The position numbers and the translations under genes are program-made. Under the pieces are notes generated by a model, which was not told where the DNA came from, made no database searches, and was given only the letters and a program-made list of their open reading frames with translations. This document shows, in pieces, positions 1 through 10,636 of a stretch of DNA of 32,180 nucleotides. The number at the start of each line of letters is the position of its first letter. The stretch's first letter is position 1. The stretch is from Pseudorhodobacter sp. (GTDB lineage Bacteria; Pseudomonadota; Alphaproteobacteria; Rhodobacterales; Rhodobacteraceae): positions 1 to 32,180 of the forward strand of contig JACMNW010000052.1 in assembly GCA_014378345.1 (NCBI GenBank), in the 5' to 3' direction.

Positions 1-1020
1 GCAAACGCGGAAACCGGCGGTGCGGTTGTCGGCAGGCCAGACGGCCTTGGTGGGGGCGAACATGCCGATGGTAAAGCGTTTATAGCTGTTGACATAAGGC
101 GCCAGAAACACAGTCATGTCGCGGGCGTAAGCAAGTTGTCCCGCGATGTAGTGTTTCATCAAGGCAGACATTCCGTGTTCGTCGGCGTTATCCGCAAAGG
201 CGGGCTTGCCGTCCAGCGACCACAACGATTGATGCACATGCGACGATGACCCCGCCTTACGGTGATCATATTTCGCCATGAACGTCACAGAACGGCCCTT
301 GGTCCAAGCGATTTCCTTAATGCCGTTTTTGGTGATGGTGTGATTGTCGGCGGTATCGAGCGCATCGGAATAGCGGTAATTTACTTCTTCCTGGCCCGCA
401 TCCGCCTCACCTTTGGAGTTTTCGATGGGGATGCCAGCCGCATAAAGCTCGTTGCGAATGGCGCGCATCACGTCTTCTTCCTTGGTGGTCTGGAAGATGT
501 GGTAATCCTCGTTATAGGCAGAGATCGGTTTCAAGTCTTTAAAATTGCTGTCGCGCAACGCCTCATAACTGTTCTCGAACAGGTAAAATTCCAGCTCCGT
601 CGCCATCATCGCCTCAAACCCCAAGGTGCGGGCGCGTTCCACTTGGCGCTTCAGAATGGCGCGGGGCGAATGGGGGATGGGGTGGTGATGGTGATCGAGC
701 AAATCTGCCAGACACATCGCGGTGCCGGGCAGCCATGGCAAGGGGCGCAATGTGGCAAGATCGGGCTTCATCACATAATCGCCGTAACCGGACTGCCAAT
801 TCGACGATTTGTAACCAGGCACGGTGTTCATTTCCATGTCAACGGCCAGCAGGTAGTTGCAGGAATGGGTTTCTTCATACCCGCCGTTCAGAAAAAACGC
901 GGCATGAAACCGTTTGCCCATCAGGCGGCCCTGCATATCCACTGCGGCCACGATCACGGTATCAATGCTGCCATCTGCGACGGCGGCTTTCAGCGCGTCA
1001 AAGGTCATATTTCCGGGCAT
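1..1020 (-). CDS. Glutamine synthetase-family protein (GlnA-like gamma-glutamyl ligase); 3' end lies outside the window
   Basis: Not in the ORF track; translated by hand from ATG 1020 (GGAG upstream): MPGNMTFDALKAAVADGSIDTVIVAAVDMQGRLMGKR...ATELEFYLF...GEADAGQEEVN...TFMAKY...GSSSHVHQSL...NSYKRF...DNRTAGFRV. These are GS catalytic-domain motifs. The frame stays open to base 1. Confidence 0.92.
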   Translation of the reverse strand, partial: MPGNMTFDALKAAVADGSIDTVIVAAVDMQGRLMGKRFHAAFFLNGGYEETHSCNYLLAVDMEMNTVPGYKSSNWQSGYGDYVMKPDLATLRPLPWLPGTAMCLADLLDHHHHPIPHSPRAILKRQVERARTLGFEAMMATELEFYLFENSYEALRDSNFKDLKPISAYNEDYHIFQTTKEEDVMRAIRNELYAAGIPIENSKGEADAGQEEVNYRYSDALDTADNHTITKNGIKEIAWTKGRSVTFMAKYDHRKAGSSSHVHQSLWSLDGKPAFADNADEHGMSALMKHYIAGQLAYARDMTVFLAPYVNSYKRFTIGMFAPTKAVWPADNRTAGFRVC

Positions 1021-1120
1021 ATCCGGGGTGCTCCATTAAATCTGCCCCAACGTTGTTGGGGTGTTTGGCGTCTCAAAGGGACTTTGCCCTTCACGGAAAT
1101 TTCTACAGCGCTACACGCAA

Positions 1121-1909
1121 TCAGCCCGCTTTCGCCTGCTTTTGAATTTCCACCAATCCCATGTTCAGCACCGGGGCCAACATGTCGGCCATCCGCTGTT
1201 CTGCATCGGGTGACGCAATCAGATCATTGCGAATTTCCAGCATGGCGTTGGGCAGGCCGTACGGCGTGGCCTGCAATCGCAAAGTATGGGTCACATCATC
1301 GGCGGCGGAATAGGGGGCATTCAGTTCGGATCGAAGTTTCGTTTTGGACTGGGCCGCTGAAAGAATGGCGCGGGCCAAGTGATCATCGGCATCATGGATT
1401 ACGCCAAATTCAACGGCTCTGGGCTGACCATGGTAGAGTTTGGTGAAAGAATGGATGGTCACAATAACGGGGGCTAGCCCCAAGGCAATGCGATCGGCGA
1501 TCAGCGCGTGCAAGCCGTTGTGAAACGGTACATAAACCGCTGCGGTGCGGGCGCCACGTTCGGTAGCAGAGATCAATCTGTTACCGGGAATATCATGAAT
1601 TTCAGACCGGGCAGGCATTGCACCGGGCCTATCGGGGGCGCGGTTGCAATCATAGACAAGACGGCTGACGGGGGCGTGTACCAGAACCGCATCCAGATGT
1701 TTTGACAATGCACGCGCCAATCCCAACGCCCCCGGATCCCATGCAATATGGGCACATTTCTGGTCTTGGTTCAGGCCAAGATCACCCCAAGGTGCAGGAA
1801 AAACGTTGGAGGCATGTTCGCAGACCAGCACGAAGCGGCCTCGCGCTGCGGCGTTTTCAACCACTGCGGGAAAAGATGCTACGACACTGGTAGTGATTGG
1901 CGCAGACAC
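1121..1909 (-). CDS. N-formylglutamate amidohydrolase family protein
   Basis: Motifs CEHAS, HIAWDPGA, SRLVYDCNR, IHSFT, LNAPYS and MLEIRNDLI are typical of this Zn-dependent family. GTG start. Confidence 0.9.
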   Translation of the reverse strand: MSAPITTSVVASFPAVVENAAARGRFVLVCEHASNVFPAPWGDLGLNQDQKCAHIAWDPGALGLARALSKHLDAVLVHAPVSRLVYDCNRAPDRPGAMPARSEIHDIPGNRLISATERGARTAAVYVPFHNGLHALIADRIALGLAPVIVTIHSFTKLYHGQPRAVEFGVIHDADDHLARAILSAAQSKTKLRSELNAPYSAADDVTHTLRLQATPYGLPNAMLEIRNDLIASPDAEQRMADMLAPVLNMGLVEIQKQAKAG

Positions 1910-1960
1910 GGCGCGTGCTTCCCTCTAGGTTCGGTCTAGCGTTCGCTTTTGTCGTCGCTT

Positions 1961-2007
1961 CTGTCAAGATTATTTCTGCGCCGTGTGCGCTGTTACGATT
2001 ATTTCTG
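1961..2007. promoter_or_regulatory. Direct repeat in divergent promoter region, putative RpiR operator pair
   Basis: CTGTCAAGATTATTTCTG (1961-1978) and CTGTTACGATTATTTCTG (1990-2007) are 16/18 identical and offset by 29 nt. The first copy contains TTGACA on the minus strand (1967-1962). Confidence 0.55.
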
Positions 2008-2078
2008 AATTGATTTTGCACTGTGTCGTGTATGGCTTTTATATAAATGGCACGGTGAGGCGAGGTTTGGGGGGTGCG

Positions 2079-2948
2079 GTGGATTTAGTGCTGATGATCG
2101 AAGACCGCATGCGCGCGGCATTGTCTGACCTGACGCGGGCAGAACGGCAATTGGCCACGCATATTTTGCGGCATTTTCCGGTTGCGGCGCTTGGGTCGAT
2201 AACAGCGCTGGCGAAGGCTGCCGAAGTATCGACACCAACAGTTGTGCGGCTGGTGCAGAAACTGGGGTTCAAAGGCTATCCTGATTATCAACATGCGCTG
2301 CGCGGCGAGGTGGGGGCGATGCTGATGTCGCCCCTGGCCAAGCATGATCGTTGGGCGGGCGGCGTGCCCGACACGCATATCCTGAACCGGTTTGCCGATG
2401 CTGTTGTGGCCAATTTGCAGGCAACTCTTGGCCAGATTGACCATGCGGAATTTGATGCCACAGCGGCGCTGTTGGCCGACCCGGCGCGACGGGTGTTTGC
2501 CATGGGCGGGCGGATTACGCATGCCCTTGCCGATTACTTCGTGACGTTGATGAAAGTGGTGCGGCCTGACGTAACTTTGCTATCGGACCAATCATCGGCA
2601 TGGCCGCCTGCGCTCCTGGATATGGTGGCAGGGGATATCGTTTTGGTTTTCGACATTCGCCGCTATGAAAATTCGGTGCTGCAAGTGGTCGAAATGGCCG
2701 TGGCGCAGGGGGCAGAGGTGATTGTGATCACGGATCGCTGGATATCGCCCGCAGCCAGCCATGCGCGGCATACCCTGTCTTGCCATATTGAAGCGCCGTC
2801 GGCTTGGGATTCGACCGTATCCATTCTGGTGCTGGTGGAAACCTTGCTGGCCGGCGTGCAGGATTTGACTTGGGACAAGACCGAGGGCCGCATGAAGCGG
2901 CTGGAAGACCTTTACGCGCAATCACGGGTGTTTCGGCGGCATCGCTAG
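2079..2948 (+). CDS. MurR/RpiR family transcriptional regulator (HTH + SIS domain)
   Basis: N-terminal LTRAERQLA...SITALAKAAEVSTPTVVRLVQKLGFKGY HTH and a C-terminal SIS domain. Start re-called to GTG 2079 (ATG 2094 also possible) instead of 1983. Confidence 0.92.
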   Translation: MDLVLMIEDRMRAALSDLTRAERQLATHILRHFPVAALGSITALAKAAEVSTPTVVRLVQKLGFKGYPDYQHALRGEVGAMLMSPLAKHDRWAGGVPDTHILNRFADAVVANLQATLGQIDHAEFDATAALLADPARRVFAMGGRITHALADYFVTLMKVVRPDVTLLSDQSSAWPPALLDMVAGDIVLVFDIRRYENSVLQVVEMAVAQGAEVIVITDRWISPAASHARHTLSCHIEAPSAWDSTVSILVLVETLLAGVQDLTWDKTEGRMKRLEDLYAQSRVFRRHR

Positions 2949-3017
2949 GCCTTTGTGGCGGGATGACGCGGCAAACAAGATGCGTGTTTGGGCGACAGAA
3001 AAGCGGCAAGCGCAGGG

Positions 3018-3947
3018 CTAATATCCACGGGCGCGGTCAACGAGGTGCAGAAACGGAAGGCCTGCCTCACCGCGATGGATATTTTCTGCGATCACGCTGG
3101 CAGCACTTTCCGACCTCGTGTCGGCAGCGATATGCGGGGTTACGGTGATGCGCGGGCTTGCCCAAAACGGGTGATCTTGGGGCAGCGGTTCTTGGCGGAA
3201 AACATCGAGTGTTGCGTGGCCAAGCCGCCCGGATGACAGTTCCGCAAGAAGAGCTGCGTCGTCTATCAGTGCGCCGCGACCGGGGTTTAGGATGACTGCG
3301 CCGTCTGGCAGCAGGGCAAGGGTGCGGGCGTTCAGCAGGTTTTCGGTATCGGGCGTTTTGGGCAGCAGCAAGACGACGATTTGCGCTGTTTGCAGAACCT
3401 GTGTGAGCCCATCCGTGCCATTCAGGCAGGGGATACGGTCTACGGCTTTTTCAGTGCGGCTCCACCCGGTGACCGGGAAATTCAGGGCCGCAAGTGCCTG
3501 CGCGCAGGCGGTGCCAAGGGCCCCCATGCCCAGCATCGCGACAGGTCTTTCGCGCGCCAAGGGCGGTACGGTCGCGTCCCAGATATGATCGGGATTGTTG
3601 ATATGGCGGTCCATTCCCAGATGGTGGCGCAGGGTGTGGCCTACCACCCATTCAACCATGCCTTCCGTCAGGGCAGGGTCTACCATGCGGCACAAAGGTT
3701 GGGAAAGGCTGGCATTGCCAACGATCCGTTCCACCCCCGCCCAAAGGCTAAGCACGGCTTTGCAGCGGGTGTAGGGGGTGAAGTCCTGCAATGGGCTGGA
3801 GGGGGCGTATATGATGTAATCGACCTGTGCCGGATCAGCGGTTTGCACAAGATTGGCCTTGATATTCGAACGCTTCAGCGCGGCTTCAAGTGTGACGTGG
3901 TATTCACCCCACACGGCGGGGGCGGCAAACAGGATGGTCAGGGACAT
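3018..3947 (-). CDS. ghrA: Glyoxylate/hydroxypyruvate reductase A-like D-2-hydroxyacid dehydrogenase
   Basis: GMGALG Rossmann motif, LNPGRG, LDVF..EPLP..HPFW, TPHIAA and C-terminal VDRARGY. GGAG RBS. Confidence 0.85.
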   Translation of the reverse strand: MSLTILFAAPAVWGEYHVTLEAALKRSNIKANLVQTADPAQVDYIIYAPSSPLQDFTPYTRCKAVLSLWAGVERIVGNASLSQPLCRMVDPALTEGMVEWVVGHTLRHHLGMDRHINNPDHIWDATVPPLARERPVAMLGMGALGTACAQALAALNFPVTGWSRTEKAVDRIPCLNGTDGLTQVLQTAQIVVLLLPKTPDTENLLNARTLALLPDGAVILNPGRGALIDDAALLAELSSGRLGHATLDVFRQEPLPQDHPFWASPRITVTPHIAADTRSESAASVIAENIHRGEAGLPFLHLVDRARGY

Positions 3948-4012
3948 TGGCGCGCTCCGGTCAAGGCATGGTGCGGTGATAAAGCGGCGTAGGGCCCGTG
4001 TCCACCAAGGGG

Positions 4013-4639
4013 TCAGGACCCCAAAACCAGGCCTGCGTTGACCGCAAGTGCGAGGATTATGGCATTGTAGAAAAACGCACCAATCGCGTGCGCCAGGACC
4101 ATCTTGCGAATGCGGATATCAGACACAGTGACGTCGGACACTTGCGCCGTCATGCCGATGCCAAATGAGAAATACAGGAAATCCCAGATGCCGGGCTTAT
4201 CGGCTCCCGGAAAGATCAATCCAGCGCCAGAGTTGTTCGCATAAAACAAATGTGAATAGCGAAAGGCGGCAAGGGTATGGATGGTGGCCCAGCCCAACGG
4301 CACGGCGGATAATGCCAGCGCGGCCTGCCAAACTGCGGTTTCATGCGCGCGTAACACCCAGATGATGCCAGCCAAACTGATTACCACCGCACCTATGGCC
4401 AATGAAACGATGAAAATGATCCCTTCATCATCAATTTCTGCATGGTGCTGCAAATCATCGGCAGAGGTTGTGGCCGCCAAACGCAAGGTCAAGCCGAGAT
4501 AGGTTAGAAAAAACCCGTTTGCCCCAACCAGCGCTTGCATTTGCCACGCCGCGACCAGCGACGCGGATACGATGGCGAGGCCGCCGCCAAGGGCGAATGC
4601 GAAAAGAAACCTTGCGTGCCGCGCGAAGCTGTTCGTCAT
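4013..4639 (-). CDS. DUF1345-family integral membrane protein
   Basis: Several hydrophobic segments plus FPG...WDFLYFSFGIGMTAQVSDV and H....FFYNAIILALAVN, which I recognise as DUF1345. Confidence 0.85.
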   Translation of the reverse strand: MTNSFARHARFLFAFALGGGLAIVSASLVAAWQMQALVGANGFFLTYLGLTLRLAATTSADDLQHHAEIDDEGIIFIVSLAIGAVVISLAGIIWVLRAHETAVWQAALALSAVPLGWATIHTLAAFRYSHLFYANNSGAGLIFPGADKPGIWDFLYFSFGIGMTAQVSDVTVSDIRIRKMVLAHAIGAFFYNAIILALAVNAGLVLGS

Positions 4640-4651
4640 GGGGTATGGTGC

Positions 4652-5791
4652 CTATCTTGGGCGATGGACATGGGCGGATTGGACCAACCCGAAGGCCACC
4701 AAAAGCACCAGCATCGCCGAGCCGCCGTAAGAGACCAGAGGCAATGGCACGCCCACAACAGGGGCCAAGCCCATCACCATGGACAGGTTGACGGCGAGGT
4801 AGAAGAAGAAATTGCCCGCCACCCCAAGGATCAGCAAAGATGAGAAGCGATCTTTGTTTTGCATGGCAGAAAAGATGCAGAAAAAAATCACGAGGGCGTA
4901 AAGCGCCAGCAACGAAAATGCGCCAATAAAGCCAAACTCTTCGGCCAGCGTGGTGAAGATAAAATCCGTGTGCTTTTCGGGAAGAAAATTAAGCCGCGAC
5001 TGAGTGCCTTGCATGAAGCCTTTGCCAGACCAACCGCCAGACCCCAGCGCAATCTTGGCTTGAATGATGTTGTAGCCCGCGCCTAACGGATCAGCAGTGG
5101 GATCAAGAAACGTATCGATCCGGCGGTACTGATAATCTTTCAGAAACTGCCAAGGGGTGCCACGTGCCGCAAACACCGCCGTTATAGCCCCGATACCCAG
5201 CAGGGCGACGCCACCGAAATACCAAAGGCTGACACCTGCGCAAAACATCACGGCAGCGCCGCCCATCAGCAGCATCAAAGATGTCCCCAAGTTGGGCTGA
5301 ATAAAGACCAAAAATGTGGGCGCAATGATCATCAAGACAGGGATCAGCACATAGAGCGGACGCGAGGTAAGCTTGATATCCAACCAATCGTAATACGCCG
5401 CAAGCATTACCACCAGTGCGACCTTCATCAGCTCTGACGGTTGCAATCGCATGAAACCAAGGTCAATCCAGCGTTGCGCGCCCATTCCGACAGTACCGAA
5501 AAATTCAACGATCAGTAGCAGTATGAATGACACTAGGTAGAACAGGCCCGCCATGTTGCGCCAAAACCAAATTGGCACAAGACCGATGCCGAACAGCAAA
5601 AACATGCCAATGCCAAAGCGTTTCATTTGCGGTTCGGCCCAAAGACCCATTTTGCCGCCGGCAACAGAATAAAGCATCAAAAAGCCAACAGATGACACTG
5701 CGGCTATCAGTAAAATCAGTGCCCAGTTCAGGTGCAATATCTTGCGAAAACCAACAGGAACTGTTTTCAGGCGATATTCAAGAAAGCTCAT
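4652..5791 (-). CDS. rodA: Rod shape-determining protein RodA (SEDS glycosyltransferase)
   Basis: GAQRWI, LQPSELMK, QPNLGT, LPEKHTDFIF and PLPLVSYGGS motifs; directly downstream of PBP2. Confidence 0.97.
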   Translation of the reverse strand: MSFLEYRLKTVPVGFRKILHLNWALILLIAAVSSVGFLMLYSVAGGKMGLWAEPQMKRFGIGMFLLFGIGLVPIWFWRNMAGLFYLVSFILLLIVEFFGTVGMGAQRWIDLGFMRLQPSELMKVALVVMLAAYYDWLDIKLTSRPLYVLIPVLMIIAPTFLVFIQPNLGTSLMLLMGGAAVMFCAGVSLWYFGGVALLGIGAITAVFAARGTPWQFLKDYQYRRIDTFLDPTADPLGAGYNIIQAKIALGSGGWSGKGFMQGTQSRLNFLPEKHTDFIFTTLAEEFGFIGAFSLLALYALVIFFCIFSAMQNKDRFSSLLILGVAGNFFFYLAVNLSMVMGLAPVVGVPLPLVSYGGSAMLVLLVAFGLVQSAHVHRPR

Positions 5792-7746
5792 CCCGTGGCC
5801 CCCTGTGTCCCGGGTTTGCCAGCCCCTGTGCTGGTCGAAAGGCGCAGCTTAAGCTCGTTCTGTTCGGTCTCGATGCGGCTGCGCTGGGCGGTTGGGTAGG
5901 CATCAAGCGGGGGCATCCCGCCGCTCATTGCCCGCAGCAGCATGTCACGCGCAATCGGTGCCGCAACGGCAGATCCACCGCCGCCATGTTCAACAACCAC
6001 CGAGACGGCATATTTTGGGGCCTCGTACGGGGCGAAGGCCACGAACAACGCATGGTCGCGGCGTTTCCATGGCAGATCGGCATTTGCCACGACCCCACCT
6101 GCACGTTCTGACGCAGAAATGTTACGCACCTGGCTGGTGCCGGTTTTACCGGCCATTTCCATGGATGGCGCGGCGATGCGGGCGGATTTGGCGGTGCCGC
6201 GTTCGCTGTTGACGACCGCGAACATACCAGCGCGGATCGCCCGCAGGCTTGACCCCCCGATGCCAAGATTGGGCGCTTCGACAATGGGCACCGTTTCGCC
6301 ATCAACGGAATGAATTAGTCGCGGCGCTATCGCACGCCCGCTGGCAACGCGTGCGGCCATTACGGCCAACTGCAAAGGTGTGGTCAGCACATAGCCCTGC
6401 CCGATAGAGGCGTTGATAGTATCGCCGATGCGCCAGTCTGTTTGGTAGCTTTCTTGTTTCCAGGCCTTGTTTGGCATGACGCCTTCGCTGATTGCAGACA
6501 TGGGCAAATCATGGCGTTGCCCCATCCCCAAAAGGCGGCCCATCTCAGCGATTTTGTCGATGCCAACCTTTTGGGCAATCTCATAATAGAAAACATCACA
6601 GCTTTCTTGCAGTGACCGTTCCAAATTCACCGTTCCATGCCCACCACGCTTCCAGCAGTGAAATTTGGTACCGCCAAATTCGATATATCCCGGACAGCGC
6701 ACTTTGGTATCAAGGGTGATCATGCCTGCCTCTAGGGCAGCAAGGGCTGTAACAAGTTTAAATGTCGATCCGGGCGGATAGGCCCCTTGCACCGCTTTGT
6801 TTGCAAGGGGTCGGTGATCATTCTCAGTCAGTGCGGTATAGTCCTTTTGGCTGATGCCGCGCACAAAAAGGTTAGGGTCAAAGCCGGGAGATGACGCGAT
6901 AGCCAGCAAATCACCGTTGGTCACATCCATCACCACGGCCGCGGCGCTTTCGTTCCCCAAGCGCGCCTGAACATAGTTTTGTACATCTACATCCAGCGTC
7001 AGGCGAATATCGGCACCGGGGATGCCGTCTTTGCGTTCCAGCTCTCGCATCACACGGCCGACCGAGTTAACTTCAATCCGCTTGTTGCCCGCAGATCCGC
7101 GCAATGTGTCTTCCATCCAGCGTTCCACGCCGATTTTACCGATCTGGAATTTTGGGATTTGCAGCACCGGGTCTGGATCTGTGACACCTTCCAGATCTTT
7201 TTCGCTAACCGGGCCCACATAACCCACAACATGTGCAAAATCCTGCTGGGTCGGATACTGCCGTGAAAGGCCCACTTCAGGCGATACGCCCGGCAAGGTT
7301 GGGGCGTTCAGCGCGATTTTGGACAGGTCATCCCAACTTAGGCGGTCTGAAACGATGATGGGCACAAATGGGCTGGTGCGGTCTGTTTCTTTTACGGTGC
7401 GTGCAATATCCTCGGGTGAAAGCGGAATAAGCTTGGACAGTCTTTGCAAGACCAATGCGACATCACCTGCGTCTTCGCGCGTGATTACCACACGATAGTT
7501 TTGCTCGTTGCCGGCAATCAACTTACCATTGCGATCTTCAATCAGGCCACGTGACGGCGGGATAAGGCGAATGTTGATCCGGTTTTCTTCGGCAAGAAGA
7601 CGAAACTGATCGGCCTGATCCACCTGCATGTACCGCATCCGCGCGCCCAAAACAGCCACCATGGCGGCCATGCCACCGCCCAGCATCAAGGCACGCTTGG
7701 TGATCTTGCGTGCAGATTCGTCCAGATCTTTTGGCGACCTCCTCAA
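5788..7746 (-). CDS. mrdA: Penicillin-binding protein 2
   Basis: N-terminal TM anchor; transpeptidase motifs STFK, SCD and KTGT. TTG start overlaps the mreD stop. Confidence 0.96.
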   Translation of the reverse strand: MRRSPKDLDESARKITKRALMLGGGMAAMVAVLGARMRYMQVDQADQFRLLAEENRINIRLIPPSRGLIEDRNGKLIAGNEQNYRVVITREDAGDVALVLQRLSKLIPLSPEDIARTVKETDRTSPFVPIIVSDRLSWDDLSKIALNAPTLPGVSPEVGLSRQYPTQQDFAHVVGYVGPVSEKDLEGVTDPDPVLQIPKFQIGKIGVERWMEDTLRGSAGNKRIEVNSVGRVMRELERKDGIPGADIRLTLDVDVQNYVQARLGNESAAAVVMDVTNGDLLAIASSPGFDPNLFVRGISQKDYTALTENDHRPLANKAVQGAYPPGSTFKLVTALAALEAGMITLDTKVRCPGYIEFGGTKFHCWKRGGHGTVNLERSLQESCDVFYYEIAQKVGIDKIAEMGRLLGMGQRHDLPMSAISEGVMPNKAWKQESYQTDWRIGDTINASIGQGYVLTTPLQLAVMAARVASGRAIAPRLIHSVDGETVPIVEAPNLGIGGSSLRAIRAGMFAVVNSERGTAKSARIAAPSMEMAGKTGTSQVRNISASERAGGVVANADLPWKRRDHALFVAFAPYEAPKYAVSVVVEHGGGGSAVAAPIARDMLLRAMSGGMPPLDAYPTAQRSRIETEQNELKLRLSTSTGAGKPGTQGATG

Positions 7747-8291
7747 AGTCGTCGTCCCATCGCATCCAGTTCGCCCATTGCAGGCTTGCGCAAATCAAGT
7801 GTCGCACGAAATACCATCACCACAAAAGGGTAGCACAAAATTGACCAAAGCGTTTGGGTCAAAGCAAAGCCAAAGACGGGCTGCGGCAAGAACGTGATTG
7901 CAAAAAATACCCGGTTCGCCACCAATAGACCAATCATCAGGCCCGCGATCAGCATCCATTCCACAGCAAAACTAAGTTCCCGCGTAAGTGCCGCCCGGGA
8001 CCTTAAAAATTCGGTCGCCAGAACAACAAGGGCTGTCCACAACCCTAGTGGCCGCATCAGCAAGATATCTTCCAAAAACACGATTGCTGTAATCATCATC
8101 ACGGGCAAGTATTCTGGCCGCCGCATGACCCATGCCAAGATGATACATAGCAAAAGATCAGGCCCGGGAAGGTGGCCGGGGACAGAGCTTAGGGGTAGCA
8201 AGCGAACAAACAACAAAAAGAATGCCAGCAGGATAAAAATCCCCCTGTAAAGCCAAACATTTTTACCAATGTTTTCAGCCACCTGTGTCAC
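7743..8291 (-). CDS. mreD: Rod shape-determining protein MreD
   Basis: Hydrophobic protein of about 180 aa with a PDLLL motif, between mreC and mrdA. The start may be GTG 8282. Confidence 0.88.
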   Translation of the reverse strand: MTQVAENIGKNVWLYRGIFILLAFFLLFVRLLPLSSVPGHLPGPDLLLCIILAWVMRRPEYLPVMMITAIVFLEDILLMRPLGLWTALVVLATEFLRSRAALTRELSFAVEWMLIAGLMIGLLVANRVFFAITFLPQPVFGFALTQTLWSILCYPFVVMVFRATLDLRKPAMGELDAMGRRL

Positions 8292-9288
8292 CCTGCGGTA
8301 TCACGGCACTTGGGTCACTTTCCCCCGGATCGCCATTGATTACATCTGTCGTCGTGCCGCCAGCGGGCGTTAATATTGGTGCATCTGGCGCCGGTCCTTC
8401 GGCAAGTGGGGTAGGAACTGCGGGCGGCAACGGTGGCCCTACTATCCCGCCAGAATTTGTGATTGGTGCCAGATCATGGCTGCGCAAAACACGCAAAAAC
8501 TCTAGTCGGCCATAGTCTGCAGACAGCAGCACACGCAGGCGTTTATCGCTGCCAAGGGCAACTTGCCCGACTAACAAATCAGCCGGAAATACGCCACCGT
8601 CGCCCGACGTAACCACACGGTCGCCGGGACGTACCTGATCTTGATCTTCAATAAAATCCAGCGGTGGCAAGGTTGAGTTATCGCCAGATAGTAATGCTTT
8701 TTGCCCAGAGGGTTGAATTGTTACCGGAATCCGACTGTTGCTGTCTGTCAATAAGATAACACGGCTGGTGGTTGGGCCAACACCTGCAATCCGGCCCACC
8801 AAGCCAATTCCGTCCATCGTCGCCCAACCATCCAGAATTCCATCGCGTTCCCCAACGTTCAAAAGCACCGATTGCCGGAACGGAGAACCGGAATCCGCAA
8901 GAACAATGCCGGTAACATGGGTAAACTTGGGGTCCAGCCGCACCTGATTGAGGTCAAGAAGGCGGGCGTTTTTCTGTTCCAACTGAAGGGCGGCTTCTTT
9001 CCATGCCTTCATCTGTTGCAATTCACGGCGTAATTCTTGATTTTGTTCGTAGATGCGCGTGTAGGATTGAAAGTCGTCAATCATGGCCGCAGCTTTGGTC
9101 ACCGGAAGAAGCGCCCAATCAAAGCTTGGCACTACCTTGTCAACCAATACAGCACGGAACCGTTCCATCCTTGGGCTGTCTACGCGCCACAACAGAAAAA
9201 TTGCCAACAACAGCAGAACCAGAAGACCCACCATAATCCTGCGGACTGGGCGACCAAATTCTTCGGGTCCGGTGCGGGTTTTTGCCAC
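8275..9288 (-). CDS. mreC: Rod shape-determining protein MreC
   Basis: TM segment, coiled coil, GLVGRI, VVTSGDGGVFP and a Pro-rich tail; follows mreB. Confidence 0.95.
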   Translation of the reverse strand: MAKTRTGPEEFGRPVRRIMVGLLVLLLLAIFLLWRVDSPRMERFRAVLVDKVVPSFDWALLPVTKAAAMIDDFQSYTRIYEQNQELRRELQQMKAWKEAALQLEQKNARLLDLNQVRLDPKFTHVTGIVLADSGSPFRQSVLLNVGERDGILDGWATMDGIGLVGRIAGVGPTTSRVILLTDSNSRIPVTIQPSGQKALLSGDNSTLPPLDFIEDQDQVRPGDRVVTSGDGGVFPADLLVGQVALGSDKRLRVLLSADYGRLEFLRVLRSHDLAPITNSGGIVGPPLPPAVPTPLAEGPAPDAPILTPAGGTTTDVINGDPGESDPSAVIPQGDTGG

Positions 9289-9341
9289 GGCTGCCTCAGT
9301 CTACAAAACTCTTGGGCGGATGGCCAAAGCGGGCCCCATGC

Positions 9342-10412
<1,071 letters not shown>

Positions 10413-10636
10413 TCACGTCCCGACTCGCGACACAGCGCAAGCGCAAGCATATAGGCCCGACGCTGCATAAGGGGAAGGGTCTTGGCAAGCACCTTGGGCA
10501 CGTTGGCGCCGGAAGGTTTGCCGAAACCGGCTTGCAGCCAATTTCGATTTTTGCAGGAATGTTGGCAAAGATCAAAGATGAGGCAATTCAAATAAACAAG
10601 CGTATCACCGATGTTCGATAAATCCAGATCAGCCAT

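Noticed and set aside
262..1446. 394-aa plus-strand ORF
   Set aside because: Antisense shadow of the GS-like and amidohydrolase genes; no recognisable motifs.
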